IMG/VR virus record: IMGVR_UViG_3300030118_006020
Span: 1-40,511 of that record
Length of the DNA: 40,511 nt
Reading direction: 5' to 3' (one strand)
Origin: a virus
Shown: one piece after another, positions 26,210-35,264 of the stretch
Numbering within the stretch: the first letter of the stretch is position 1
Layout of the letters: each line of letters opens with the position of its first letter
The notes under the pieces: model-generated
Database searches by the model: none
What the model was told of the DNA's origin: nothing
The model's input: the letters and a program-made list of their open reading frames with translations, nothing else
Translations under genes and position numbers: made by a program

Positions 26210-26596
26210 TTACTTTCTTGTCTTTACAGACTGTTTCTTTTGTTCTGGTTCACTAAATAAAGCTAGTCTTGCTTTGAACTCTTCATTCTCTTTTGCAAGC
26301 TTTGCCTTCTCTGCTTGAAGCTCTGCTAGTTTACCAGTAACTTCGGTCATTACATTTGCCACAGGCTTTAGCTTGTGACGGTTTCTCATGCTCCCTTTGT
26401 TGAGATAAATCCACTCAGGACCAGTAACATACACACCTGTTGGTGGAGGATCGTCCGCAACCTTTTCATACATTACACTAACTCCGTCCTCAGTTCTTTT
26501 CTTCTTCCAGGTGCCTCCGCTTTTAGGGGGAACAAACTTCTCTTCTCCGCCGTAGCAATACACGAAATACTCATCACCTTCATTCATGACTAACAT
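26210..26596 (-). CDS. Hypothetical structural-module protein (128 aa)
   Basis: ORF with a coiled-coil C-terminus. Confidence 0.45.
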   Translation of the reverse strand: MLVMNEGDEYFVYCYGGEEKFVPPKSGGTWKKKRTEDGVSVMYEKVADDPPPTGVYVTGPEWIYLNKGSMRNRHKLKPVANVMTEVTGKLAELQAEKAKLAKENEEFKARLALFSEPEQKKQSVKTRK

Positions 26597-27285
26597 TATG
26601 ACAATCCTCTTCTTCTACGACGGATCTTCCTCGGGCCTCTTTGCCGCCGACTCATTTGTTTAAACTGCGACCAGAGTCTTGCATATGACATCATCTGTTG
26701 TGATGTTGCTTCTTCATCTCGTCGCAGAAGTTTCATAGCCGCACCTAATGATATCAGCTCCACCCACCGAGGAGATAGAGGGCTGGTATCGCTTGCGCCT
26801 GTCAAATAATAAGGCGTGGCTATATAGTAAATCTTTAGTGTGGTCGCAATGCTTGGCTTTGGCAGTAACAATATCCTAGGCGATTGCGCGTCAGTAGTGG
26901 AGCCAAGTAGAGTATACTTGCGTCTCGCGTGATGCTCCAATATCGTTGTTGACTCAAACTCATCGAGCTCTAATGGAGAAACATAAGACAACTGCATAGG
27001 GTTAGCTGATGTCGTAATGTCATCTACTCGATAAATAGATTCCAGCCCTATTGCGTCAGGCAAATCAACTGGATTTGTAGACGATGAGTAGGTTAGCTCA
27101 GCTGTGACGAGTGCATCTCCAGGGTAGCTAATCGCAATCTCTGTGCCCATCTCGATAAGCTGATTGTTGATCGCTTCATCCATGTTCGCGTCAGACCAGC
27201 GCTCTCCGTCAAGATCTCCGGTGTCGTTCTTTATTCTGTCGCGGATATTCTGCAGCGTCTCAAATGTTTTTCTTGTCGCTACCAT
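26596..27285 (-). CDS. Putative head-tail adaptor (229 aa)
   Basis: Lies between the capsid and tail genes and has an Arg-rich C-terminus. Family not firmly recognised. Confidence 0.35.
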   Translation of the reverse strand: MVATRKTFETLQNIRDRIKNDTGDLDGERWSDANMDEAINNQLIEMGTEIAISYPGDALVTAELTYSSSTNPVDLPDAIGLESIYRVDDITTSANPMQLSYVSPLELDEFESTTILEHHARRKYTLLGSTTDAQSPRILLLPKPSIATTLKIYYIATPYYLTGASDTSPLSPRWVELISLGAAMKLLRRDEEATSQQMMSYARLWSQFKQMSRRQRGPRKIRRRRRGLS

Positions 27286-28211
27286 TACATCGTCCTACTG
27301 GGTTTCTTGGCTATGCCGAGAGCTGTTTTCCTGGCGCGTCTGTTCATTAGCTCGCGATCTTTTTGCTCCTCGACTTTATCTACATGCTTCCAAAAAGCTT
27401 TCTTCTCAGCTTCTATCTCATCCATAATCTTCTGCTCCCATCGAGAGCCAGGACGAACAACATATTTGACGCCTTTATGTTCTATGGTGCGTTGCTTATC
27501 GCGCACCCTTTGATCTATCTCATCTAAGGATGTTTGATTGCACTGCATGGATTTACTCGCTGACCCTTCTTCTATGTTCGCAAGGTCGCGGAAGTAATTC
27601 CAATAATAAGAATGAAAGTCATGAAGGAGCGACTCATGCTCACTTTCAGTATCTCTTTTTTGATCTTCCTGCTCGGATATTAGGAACTCAAGCATCTTCT
27701 CGACAGGCATCTTCTCGAAAGAGCAATGACCTTTAGTCCACTCTAGCCACTCTCTGTCAGGTGGCGCATAGTCACCGATCTGTCCGCGCAACTCTTCGCA
27801 GCGCTTGTCTTCGTAATTCAGATCTTCTGGAAGATATCCAGGCTTAACAGTTCCTCTCTTCTGAAACATTTGCACGAAAGCCCAGCCTTCAGGGATTCTG
27901 CCCGCATCAGTCTCTTGAGCCGGAACAAACTCCCACAAGCACCATCTCTTGAACCAAGGATGTAAAGCTATCTTGAGAGTAGGATTGTCGCCTTGAGTGT
28001 ACTCAGGAAAGACTTCCTTGAAGACAGACTCAACCCCCACCGGCAGCGGAGGAGACATCATGATCTTCTCAGGATCAAACCGCATCTCAAAAATTTCTGG
28101 CCAACGTAACTTCTTTATTTGGTAAGGCATACCAGTTGACGGATCGAACGCACCCGTTAGGTCTACGTTTGATCTCATAGAGGCTCGTTGTTTTAGATGC
28201 TTCGGTCTCAT
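27285..28211 (-). CDS. Hypothetical Trp/charge-rich protein (308 aa) downstream of the capsid gene
   Basis: Long ORF after the post-capsid hairpin. Weak SD. Confidence 0.5.
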   Translation of the reverse strand: MRPKHLKQRASMRSNVDLTGAFDPSTGMPYQIKKLRWPEIFEMRFDPEKIMMSPPLPVGVESVFKEVFPEYTQGDNPTLKIALHPWFKRWCLWEFVPAQETDAGRIPEGWAFVQMFQKRGTVKPGYLPEDLNYEDKRCEELRGQIGDYAPPDREWLEWTKGHCSFEKMPVEKMLEFLISEQEDQKRDTESEHESLLHDFHSYYWNYFRDLANIEEGSASKSMQCNQTSLDEIDQRVRDKQRTIEHKGVKYVVRPGSRWEQKIMDEIEAEKKAFWKHVDKVEEQKDRELMNRRARKTALGIAKKPSRTM

Positions 28212-28253
28212 ATAAACACCAAAGGTGGCGCAACCCTCTCAAGCTACGCCACC
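28211..28253 (-). terminator. Intrinsic-terminator-like hairpin after the major capsid gene
   Basis: The minus-strand RNA reads GGTGGCG-16 nt-CGCCACC followed by TTTGGTGTTTAT. Probably a partial terminator that raises capsid stoichiometry. Confidence 0.45.
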
Positions 28254-28268
28254 CAGATATGTTACAAA

Positions 28269-29714
28269 TTATCCAACTGAGCGAGTACCGATAGATCCAC
28301 CTGCGGTAAATCCAAGGTCGTCAATAATTCCCTGGCTGTGCGGTTTCATACACTCAATGTTACCAGACATATGGAATGTGATTTCCGTTTGGTCTTTATC
28401 GGTAACGAAACGTGTCTGAGGATCGTCTAGCGGAGAAAGCTCACTCTCAGTGTAGAAGCCCCATTGGGTGCTGTCGATTAACAACATCTGCCCAGGAACC
28501 TGCAACCAGTCTGCCGTGATCGGCGTGGTCGTGTCGCCTGCAGTGTATTGCAGATTTCCATAACCAAACTCACCACGTTGCACAGGAGCGAATCGTCGCT
28601 GGCCATCCGTTGCATCTACGATTGCACGGAGAAGCGCATCTTGAACAATGATATGATCTGGCTTGCCACCGCTACCTTCATTTCGGATACGATCAAACAT
28701 CAACGCAGTTCGCAGCTCACTATAAGCACGGACATTGTTGTTATCTGTGTTTCGATCAATTACGCCGCTAAGCTTGTCATGGTTTGATTTGTCCAAGCCG
28801 TACAGGTGACTGTAGAAATCTTGTCCACAAATAACCGCTTGAACGCCGTTGAAGCTAAAGAAGTCACTGTCAATAGCAGCTCCTGCCGTAACAGTGTCTC
28901 TTCGGCTTCCCCATGGGAACAGAAGATCGTCTGCCGCAATTACATCCGTAGCTGCATCGCCTCCGCCATCGACACCCTGCACCGTAATCGTTGGAGCCGA
29001 AAGGTTTGATAAATCAATATTAGTAACTTCAACAGCTTTATTATAAGCGCTTGACTGCAACTCAGTTCGCGGAGAACCCGCTAGCGTAGTAGCTGCACCA
29101 AGAAGCATTCCCTTTCGGATATAGTGAGCACCAAACCGATGGTACTGACCTGTCGAACCACCACCTGCAGTATCACCACCACGACGATTATCTCTGTCGT
29201 GAAGGGTAAGAACACTACCTGTTGAACCTGCTGATACACTTGAAACAATATCAAGATTGTCATGATACCCAAGATAAAGCTTTCTTGCGAAGTTAAGACC
29301 AGACTGCATACGAGCGTCTTCGATGTCCATTTGTTTAGGTCGTGCCCATGCTGCCTTGTCGCCCATGCGAGCTGCGCGTTGGCTTTGACCTGTCCAGCGA
29401 AGTCGCGTGTAAAAGTCACGCGCAATGATTCGCGGATTCAAGTATGTTCCCGCGTTGGGAAGAGGCAGAAGCGCACCTTCACCTAGAGAGACACCTGCTG
29501 ACTGCGGAAGGGCCGTGGTAATGGCGTTGACCTTCATTTGTCCGCCCATCGTACCCTTCTTGTTTGCGATCTTCGACGACAAAATGGAAGATTCAGTATG
29601 AAGCCATTTACTCCATGCTGGACCATAAACCTGTTTTAGCATTGCGCCGTACTTATCTCGTGATTGGCCGGCACCTATAGTAGTGTTTTCAGTAATACTT
29701 GCTACTGTAACCAT
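28269..29714 (-). CDS. Major capsid protein (481 aa)
   Basis: Position after portal and scaffold, strong SD AAGGAG, a downstream terminator, and size consistent with an HK97-fold protein carrying an insertion domain. Confidence 0.6.
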   Translation of the reverse strand: MVTVASITENTTIGAGQSRDKYGAMLKQVYGPAWSKWLHTESSILSSKIANKKGTMGGQMKVNAITTALPQSAGVSLGEGALLPLPNAGTYLNPRIIARDFYTRLRWTGQSQRAARMGDKAAWARPKQMDIEDARMQSGLNFARKLYLGYHDNLDIVSSVSAGSTGSVLTLHDRDNRRGGDTAGGGSTGQYHRFGAHYIRKGMLLGAATTLAGSPRTELQSSAYNKAVEVTNIDLSNLSAPTITVQGVDGGGDAATDVIAADDLLFPWGSRRDTVTAGAAIDSDFFSFNGVQAVICGQDFYSHLYGLDKSNHDKLSGVIDRNTDNNNVRAYSELRTALMFDRIRNEGSGGKPDHIIVQDALLRAIVDATDGQRRFAPVQRGEFGYGNLQYTAGDTTTPITADWLQVPGQMLLIDSTQWGFYTESELSPLDDPQTRFVTDKDQTEITFHMSGNIECMKPHSQGIIDDLGFTAGGSIGTRSVG

Positions 29715-29730
29715 TGATTACTCCTTGTTT

Positions 29731-30651
29731 CTATCGAAAAAGAGCCTTCTCGATATCATCTATCGAAAGGTTCTCAATTGTTTTTGCGTGGCCTGTTGAC
29801 CGGCCAGTCAAACTAGCCGCGAGCAAACTTGCGTTATCTCGCGTTTTTGTTGGGGGGGTCTGTGTTGATACCGGAGCAGGAGCAGCTGGCGTAACTTCTT
29901 TCATATGTCGAAGAAGATCTAGATAAGGCGCAATCGCCATGTCGATGCTTGCTTGCTGTTCGTATCCGTGAGCCATTGCTTGTGCAGCATTGCTCTTGAT
30001 TGTATCAAGTGTGTTCTTGGGTATGTTTCCGTACGCAGAAAGTGTCTCCTCTATGCGCGGGGATAACTCCATCTGAGACTTAGAAATGATTGCTTGACGC
30101 TCTGCTTGCTGTACACGTCTTTCCATTTCAATCAGGCGCTGCTCTAGGTTGTTCGACTCCATTGCTTGCCTGTATGCAAACTGGTGCATCGGGTCTGACG
30201 GATTCAAGCCTGCCTGAGCTATTGCATCATTGATTGCTTCATCACTGTTGGCATACTGATGCGCCTGAGCTCTCTCTTCTTCTTCCTGCTGTTGTCGCCG
30301 AGTTTGTTCAGCTTGCTGCTGCTCTGCCAGATACTGCAAGATCTGCTGATTCTGCTGCATGTATTGCTGAGCAGGATCTACAGGCGCTGGTTCTTCCGAC
30401 GCTGGATTAGCATTAGGAGCCTCTTGCACCTGTTGAGCTTGTGCTTCAGGAGCTTCAGCTTGCTGCTCTTCAGCAGGCGCTTCTGCTGCCGCTGCCTCTG
30501 CCTGCAGTAAAGCCTGTATTGCTAATTCCGGATCATCCGGTTGGCTATCGCTATCTGTTACCTCAATAGCAGAATCCCTAAAGAGACTCTGTTCGAGCTG
30601 ATCAATAGTAAGAGCACTTAAATCGACGGGGGGTTTCGTTTCATTACTCAT
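29731..30651 (-). CDS. Scaffolding protein (306 aa)
   Basis: Very Q/E/A-rich helical protein between portal and capsid. ATG 30651 was chosen over the track start at 30699. Confidence 0.5.
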   Translation of the reverse strand: MSNETKPPVDLSALTIDQLEQSLFRDSAIEVTDSDSQPDDPELAIQALLQAEAAAAEAPAEEQQAEAPEAQAQQVQEAPNANPASEEPAPVDPAQQYMQQNQQILQYLAEQQQAEQTRRQQQEEEERAQAHQYANSDEAINDAIAQAGLNPSDPMHQFAYRQAMESNNLEQRLIEMERRVQQAERQAIISKSQMELSPRIEETLSAYGNIPKNTLDTIKSNAAQAMAHGYEQQASIDMAIAPYLDLLRHMKEVTPAAPAPVSTQTPPTKTRDNASLLAASLTGRSTGHAKTIENLSIDDIEKALFR

Positions 30652-30695
30652 TAGCTTGACAATACTACATTTTGTTGGGCTGTCAAAGCATACAT

Positions 30696-30724
30696 ACAAT
30701 ATGTTGTGCTTATATCTCTGTCAG
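30696..30724 (-). promoter_or_regulatory. Candidate late promoter CTGACA-17-TATTGT carrying the shared motif CACAACATATTGTAT
   Basis: -35 at 30719..30724 (inside the portal 3' end) and -10 at 30696..30701. The core ends 42 nt before scaffold ATG 30651. Confidence 0.4.
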
Positions 30725-32797
30725 CTCTTCAGGTGTAGGCAACGGCTCCTCTTCTAGTTCGGGGTTTTGAATAGTTAAATCACCATAAGCCCCGCCGCCG
30801 CCATCCCTAGGAGACGGCAACATTGGAGATTTAGGGGGTGGAGCACCCGCCGTAGCCACCTGACCAGACAACATTGACTGTTCCGCAGCTACCCCCTCGG
30901 TTTGACGGGCGTTCCACATTTCGTGTTGTTCAATATGCGCCAAGAATCGCTCTTTCACATTCTCAGGCAATGACAAAAATTCTTCTGTTACAGCAAAGTC
31001 GATATGCAAATCTAAGTGACAGTCATGGTTATCCTGCCCTAGAACCATAAGCTCTGCATACGGGTCATCAACTAAAGCTGCTTGCTCTGCCCTGGCTCGC
31101 GAGTAATGAATCTCCTTGCGGTGATGAGTAGCCGCATCATCATAATCCACTTCCAGAATCTGACGCAGACTTTTCGCTGATGGATTATCAGGATCAAATG
31201 CACCAAGCTGATAAAGCTCGATTGCCTCCGCATATCGTAGAGCACGACTATTCGGCTGGCCGCTGAATGATTCAATCACTACCTCGGCCTCAAAGTCATA
31301 ATCGTCTCGCTTGAAATATGTTGCAGACCACTTGTTATTATCACCGAGAATCTTTACAACCCGACCTTCATCATAATAATCACGGCACAACTGCAGACAC
31401 TTCGACAATAACCGACCAACATCATGGCGGAACAAATGGATATCTACTTCATGAATAGCCTTCTGGAACTCATAAAGATAAGCCAGAGCACGACCTGAAT
31501 CATAACCACGAGGCGGCTGGCCTCGACTAATATCTGAATACGTAGATATAGTCTGCAGCACAGAAACAGACTGCTCTTCGAGGCTAAACATTGAACTCGG
31601 GATATCAGGCACTCGCATCCAATCTGGCCTAAGACCTGGATTATACTGAATAATCGAGCCTGCAACATCGTCAAACATATCCACATCAATGCCGCTGCCG
31701 TGAGGAACAAGCAGTGGTGGACTCAAGATCTTCTCCATCCACTCCCGTTTCTTAGAAGCATTGAGATTGATAGTTCTCTGAATAGGAATAATGTCCCTTA
31801 CTACGCCGTCAGGATATAAGCCATTAGGCAGAAGGTTTTGACCGAGACGCAGTATCCAAGGCCACTCATACGGGAGAGGGCCAATGGCTACAACCATGCT
31901 ACCACTAAACACAAGCAATCGCCCTCGCGGGTAGCGGTTACTAGGCTTCTCCCAGTACTCTACAAAGTCTGCCAGCTCATTACCTGAAGCTGCAGAGTAA
32001 TTGCCATAGCCCGGTGTTTGATTACTGCGACGATCATTCTCTACAATATCAGTAGCTAACAACCCACGCTCAAACTCTCGCTTTTGCCAGCGACCCTTGG
32101 TTGGCTTATTGAACGCATCCATTGGGAAATGATCTTCCAGAGTGCGCACAGGCAACAACTTGCGATGAAAGATATGCTCTACCTCATGCTCATTACGCGC
32201 ATGGGGATCACATACTGCAGAAATGATATCTACGAACTCAAGGCGAATATCGCCCTCCGCCCTACGCTCAAACTTAGGCAGGCCAAAGTCGTCTTCCTCA
32301 AACACGCCAGTCTCAGGATCAACCAAAGGCATATCTTTATAACGCCCTGCGTTAGGATCCCAGATTACCTTGTACCAAACAGCGCCATGAATCTGAGCAG
32401 CCATCTCAGCGCGAAACATGGTTTCAAAGTTCATAACTCCAGATCGAAGAAAAGATCTTAGTAGTTTTTGCGATGCCTTAGCTCTCGTGTGAGACATTTG
32501 ATCATCGGATGCAGCGACAACTGAAGGATTAGGCATAGACCTAAGTACGTCAGAAACCGCTGTCCGGACTGTTGGTCGAACATAATTGAGTGTCTCACGA
32601 GCCTCATCTAAATCATACTCATCTTGAACCCAGCCAACCGGCGTAGTGGTTCCCCACTGATAGCCTCGATAAAAAGCCATTTGCTCAATCAGTGACGGGA
32701 CACGCTGACTTGTAGCAGACAGAGCATCTCGGTAGAGACCCTCGACTTCGTCCATCATCTCCTGAGCTTTCTTAGGAGTTATTTTCTTAGGTGCCAT
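30710..32797 (-). CDS. Portal protein (695 aa)
   Basis: Size, position upstream of scaffold and capsid, and the FYRGYQWG motif. Confidence 0.65.
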   Translation of the reverse strand: MAPKKITPKKAQEMMDEVEGLYRDALSATSQRVPSLIEQMAFYRGYQWGTTTPVGWVQDEYDLDEARETLNYVRPTVRTAVSDVLRSMPNPSVVAASDDQMSHTRAKASQKLLRSFLRSGVMNFETMFRAEMAAQIHGAVWYKVIWDPNAGRYKDMPLVDPETGVFEEDDFGLPKFERRAEGDIRLEFVDIISAVCDPHARNEHEVEHIFHRKLLPVRTLEDHFPMDAFNKPTKGRWQKREFERGLLATDIVENDRRSNQTPGYGNYSAASGNELADFVEYWEKPSNRYPRGRLLVFSGSMVVAIGPLPYEWPWILRLGQNLLPNGLYPDGVVRDIIPIQRTINLNASKKREWMEKILSPPLLVPHGSGIDVDMFDDVAGSIIQYNPGLRPDWMRVPDIPSSMFSLEEQSVSVLQTISTYSDISRGQPPRGYDSGRALAYLYEFQKAIHEVDIHLFRHDVGRLLSKCLQLCRDYYDEGRVVKILGDNNKWSATYFKRDDYDFEAEVVIESFSGQPNSRALRYAEAIELYQLGAFDPDNPSAKSLRQILEVDYDDAATHHRKEIHYSRARAEQAALVDDPYAELMVLGQDNHDCHLDLHIDFAVTEEFLSLPENVKERFLAHIEQHEMWNARQTEGVAAEQSMLSGQVATAGAPPPKSPMLPSPRDGGGGAYGDLTIQNPELEEEPLPTPEELTEI

Positions 32798-33160
32798 CTA
32801 GTTCTCCGGATTACTGATTCTGCCCGAACCTGCCATTCTGCCAGTCTTCCGCAGTCGATGTTCAAGAGCTTGTCGGCGAAGAGGTGCTTCAATTTGTAGC
32901 TGTTCTTCTCGTAATGCCAGTTCTCTTGATTTTAGTTCGTGTTGTTCTAGCCACAAATCTTTAGGTAAGCCCCCGATAGGTGCTGCGTTTTTTAGGTGAT
33001 CAAGCATTTCTTCATGCGCCTTTGCTAGGGAGCTTGAGAAGTCTTCTTGAGACTTTAGAATCATCTGGATTGTTTGTCGGTGATGCTCAAGCAATGCTCG
33101 TACACCGAAAACTACAATTGCCACGCCTACAACAATACTAGAGCCAATAAGAATATTCAT
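32798..33160 (-). CDS. Membrane-anchored coiled-coil protein (120 aa) abutting the portal gene
   Basis: MNILIGSSIVVGVAIVVFGV (TM) followed by a long charged helix. Its stop is immediately adjacent to the portal ATG. An alternative start lies at 33181. Confidence 0.45.
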   Translation of the reverse strand: MNILIGSSIVVGVAIVVFGVRALLEHHRQTIQMILKSQEDFSSSLAKAHEEMLDHLKNAAPIGGLPKDLWLEQHELKSRELALREEQLQIEAPLRRQALEHRLRKTGRMAGSGRISNPEN

Positions 33161-33186
33161 AGGCCGACCATACCACAACATATTGT
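33156..33186 (+). promoter_or_regulatory. Candidate terL promoter TTCATA-19-TATTGT carrying CACAACATATTGTAT
   Basis: The motif at 33174..33188 is identical to the 15-mer at 30694..30708 on the minus strand. The 19-nt spacer is suboptimal. Confidence 0.3.
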
Positions 33187-33197
33187 ATACGTACCAA
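33167..33197 (-). promoter_or_regulatory. Candidate divergent promoter TTGGTA-19-TATGGT, possibly leaderless for ATG 33160
   Basis: The -10 (33167..33172) ends 6 nt before ATG 33160 and there is no SD. It overlaps the terL promoter candidate. Confidence 0.25.
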
Positions 33198-33245
33198 TTT
33201 CTAATACTAGATATTGATAAGCATAGTTGTGGTAATAATGATCTC

Positions 33246-35264
33246 ATGGAGAACAAAAATGTCAACCAGACTGAGACAGGGATTAGTGGAAAACAGCTCG
33301 GCACCTTCATCAGGAACAAGCCGATGGCGATGGAGCAGCTCATCCGTATTGAGCACAGAGATAAACGCGGCGAGCTAGTTCCTCTGAAGCTAAACAACTG
33401 TCAGACCAAACTGCACGAACTTATTGAGAAAACACGCGCATTTAGAGTGATAAAGAATCTACTGCTTGGAGATAAAGACAAATGCAGTCGAGCACTGAAA
33501 CGCTTAAACATAAAAGAAGACGCTAAATTCTCCGAAATGGTAGACGCAGTATATAAAAAGAATGTCGACCATGCCATCCGGCTAGTCTACAAACACCACG
33601 GTATTGAACTATCCGACGGGCCTTGCCGCATTGTAGTCACTAAATGCCGACGTGCAGGGGTTTCATCCTATATCGAAGCTCGATTCTTTCTAGACGCTAC
33701 CTTCATGGACAATCTATCCGTAATGGTTATGGCTCACAAAGGCCCCAACGCTCGGCGCGTATTCAAGTACGCCTCTGACTTCTACAAGTATTGGCCACCA
33801 AAATGGGACAAGTACAGGCAACAAGCAGAGTACAAGACAAAAGACGGCTACACCTTCGAGAACAATAGTCGCTACCAAGTATTGACAGCTGGCGGTAGAG
33901 AGTCTGCGCGTGGTGACCAATACGACCTGATGCACTACTCTGAAACCGCGTTCTACGAATCATACCAGGAGGTCAATGCCGCACTTACCGCTGCCCCTCC
34001 TCACGCTATGTGTATTGAAGAATCTACAGGCAACGGACCTCAAGGTGGTTTTTATGACCGATGGCAAAGAGCTCTTACCCTTGAAGAGGTCATTCAAGCA
34101 CATGACGACAAAGATGCTGAAAAGCTGTCTAAGTGGAACGGTTACATGCGTTTCTTTTACGGATGGCTAGAAGAGCCAGCGTATCGCACAGAGGTATTTG
34201 ACTGGGAACGAGATCAGATTGTTCTAAGCTTAGATGAGCATGAAGAGGCTTTACGATTAGCTTATCCCGATATTACTCTTGAACAACTCAAGTGGCGAAG
34301 GCTCAAGATTGAAAACGATTGTCAAGGTAACGAGGCAGGTCTTCCTCCGGAACAATTCTTTGAGCAAGAGTTTCCTTCATGTGTTGATGAAGTATTTCAG
34401 TCGCAATCAACTAAATGGTTTGATCAACAAAAACTTCGACAGGGCAGACTTAGAGCATCATCTATTCGACCAGCTAAAACAATATCATTACGTCCTGATG
34501 CTGACCCAAAGCCTGTTTTGCCAGGTAGAGAGACTCTGACAGTCTGGCGAACACCTAAGCCGGGACATACGTACTGTATTGGAGCAGATGTCGCGCAAGG
34601 GCTTAGACACGGTGACTGGTCTGTAGCAATAGTGTTCGATAGACACGAAGGCATTACACTAGAAGAAGTTGCAATGCTTCGAATCAAAACGCCTGCGCCT
34701 GCCTTTGGTGAGCTACTCTGCACTCTTGCCGAGTGGTACAACGATGCGTTTATTGTTCCTGAGGCTAATGGTCCAGGGCTAGCTACTTGTACTCGGATAA
34801 TTGAGAACCGGTATCCTCACATTTACCATCGCGCAACTCTCGATTTGATCAAGAATCAAGCTGCAGATCCAAACTCATTTCGCTTTGGTTTCTATATGAC
34901 TAATGCAACCAAGGGTCGTGTGTTGAGTGATCTTCAAGAGTCTATTCGCGAGGAAACAATCGTGTTGTACAGCAAACCAATCTTTGATGAGATGGCAAGC
35001 TTTGAGTCTCAAGACGGTAGGCTAGCGGCTCCGAAAGGAGAGCATGATGACTGTGTTATGGCTGTCGCTTTAGGTTTATTTGCTCATAACAAGGGAGCTC
35101 CCCCTGTAATAAGAAAGCCGATCAATGATGTTGCGCCACAGATTGCAGATGACCCAGAGCTGTCTTCCGTATGGAGATCTGTCATGAAAAAGATAGCGAG
35201 AGACCAGAAAGACAGAAGCACTGCTCGGCCAGGTGCTCGGCAGTTTATCAAGCGCAAGCGCTAG
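33246..35264 (+). CDS. terL: Terminase large subunit (672 aa from ATG 33246; start uncertain, alternative 33324)
   Basis: VVTKCRRAGVSSYIEA is Walker-A-like (compare T7-class KSRQIGAT), DLMHYSE is Walker-B-like, and the nuclease motifs are IGADVAQG..DWSVAIVF, IVPEANGPG and HDDCVMAVALG. Confidence 0.85.
   Translation: MENKNVNQTETGISGKQLGTFIRNKPMAMEQLIRIEHRDKRGELVPLKLNNCQTKLHELIEKTRAFRVIKNLLLGDKDKCSRALKRLNIKEDAKFSEMVDAVYKKNVDHAIRLVYKHHGIELSDGPCRIVVTKCRRAGVSSYIEARFFLDATFMDNLSVMVMAHKGPNARRVFKYASDFYKYWPPKWDKYRQQAEYKTKDGYTFENNSRYQVLTAGGRESARGDQYDLMHYSETAFYESYQEVNAALTAAPPHAMCIEESTGNGPQGGFYDRWQRALTLEEVIQAHDDKDAEKLSKWNGYMRFFYGWLEEPAYRTEVFDWERDQIVLSLDEHEEALRLAYPDITLEQLKWRRLKIENDCQGNEAGLPPEQFFEQEFPSCVDEVFQSQSTKWFDQQKLRQGRLRASSIRPAKTISLRPDADPKPVLPGRETLTVWRTPKPGHTYCIGADVAQGLRHGDWSVAIVFDRHEGITLEEVAMLRIKTPAPAFGELLCTLAEWYNDAFIVPEANGPGLATCTRIIENRYPHIYHRATLDLIKNQAADPNSFRFGFYMTNATKGRVLSDLQESIREETIVLYSKPIFDEMASFESQDGRLAAPKGEHDDCVMAVALGLFAHNKGAPPVIRKPINDVAPQIADDPELSSVWRSVMKKIARDQKDRSTARPGARQFIKRKR

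Noticed and set aside
15379-26593. Many + strand ORFs of 60-175 aa inside the large minus-strand structural genes (for example 17845..18369, 18338..18826, 20194..20652, 24199..24663)
   Set aside because: These are antisense shadow ORFs fully contained within long, coherent minus-strand genes. They have no SDs and biased Ser/Arg/Leu/Cys composition.
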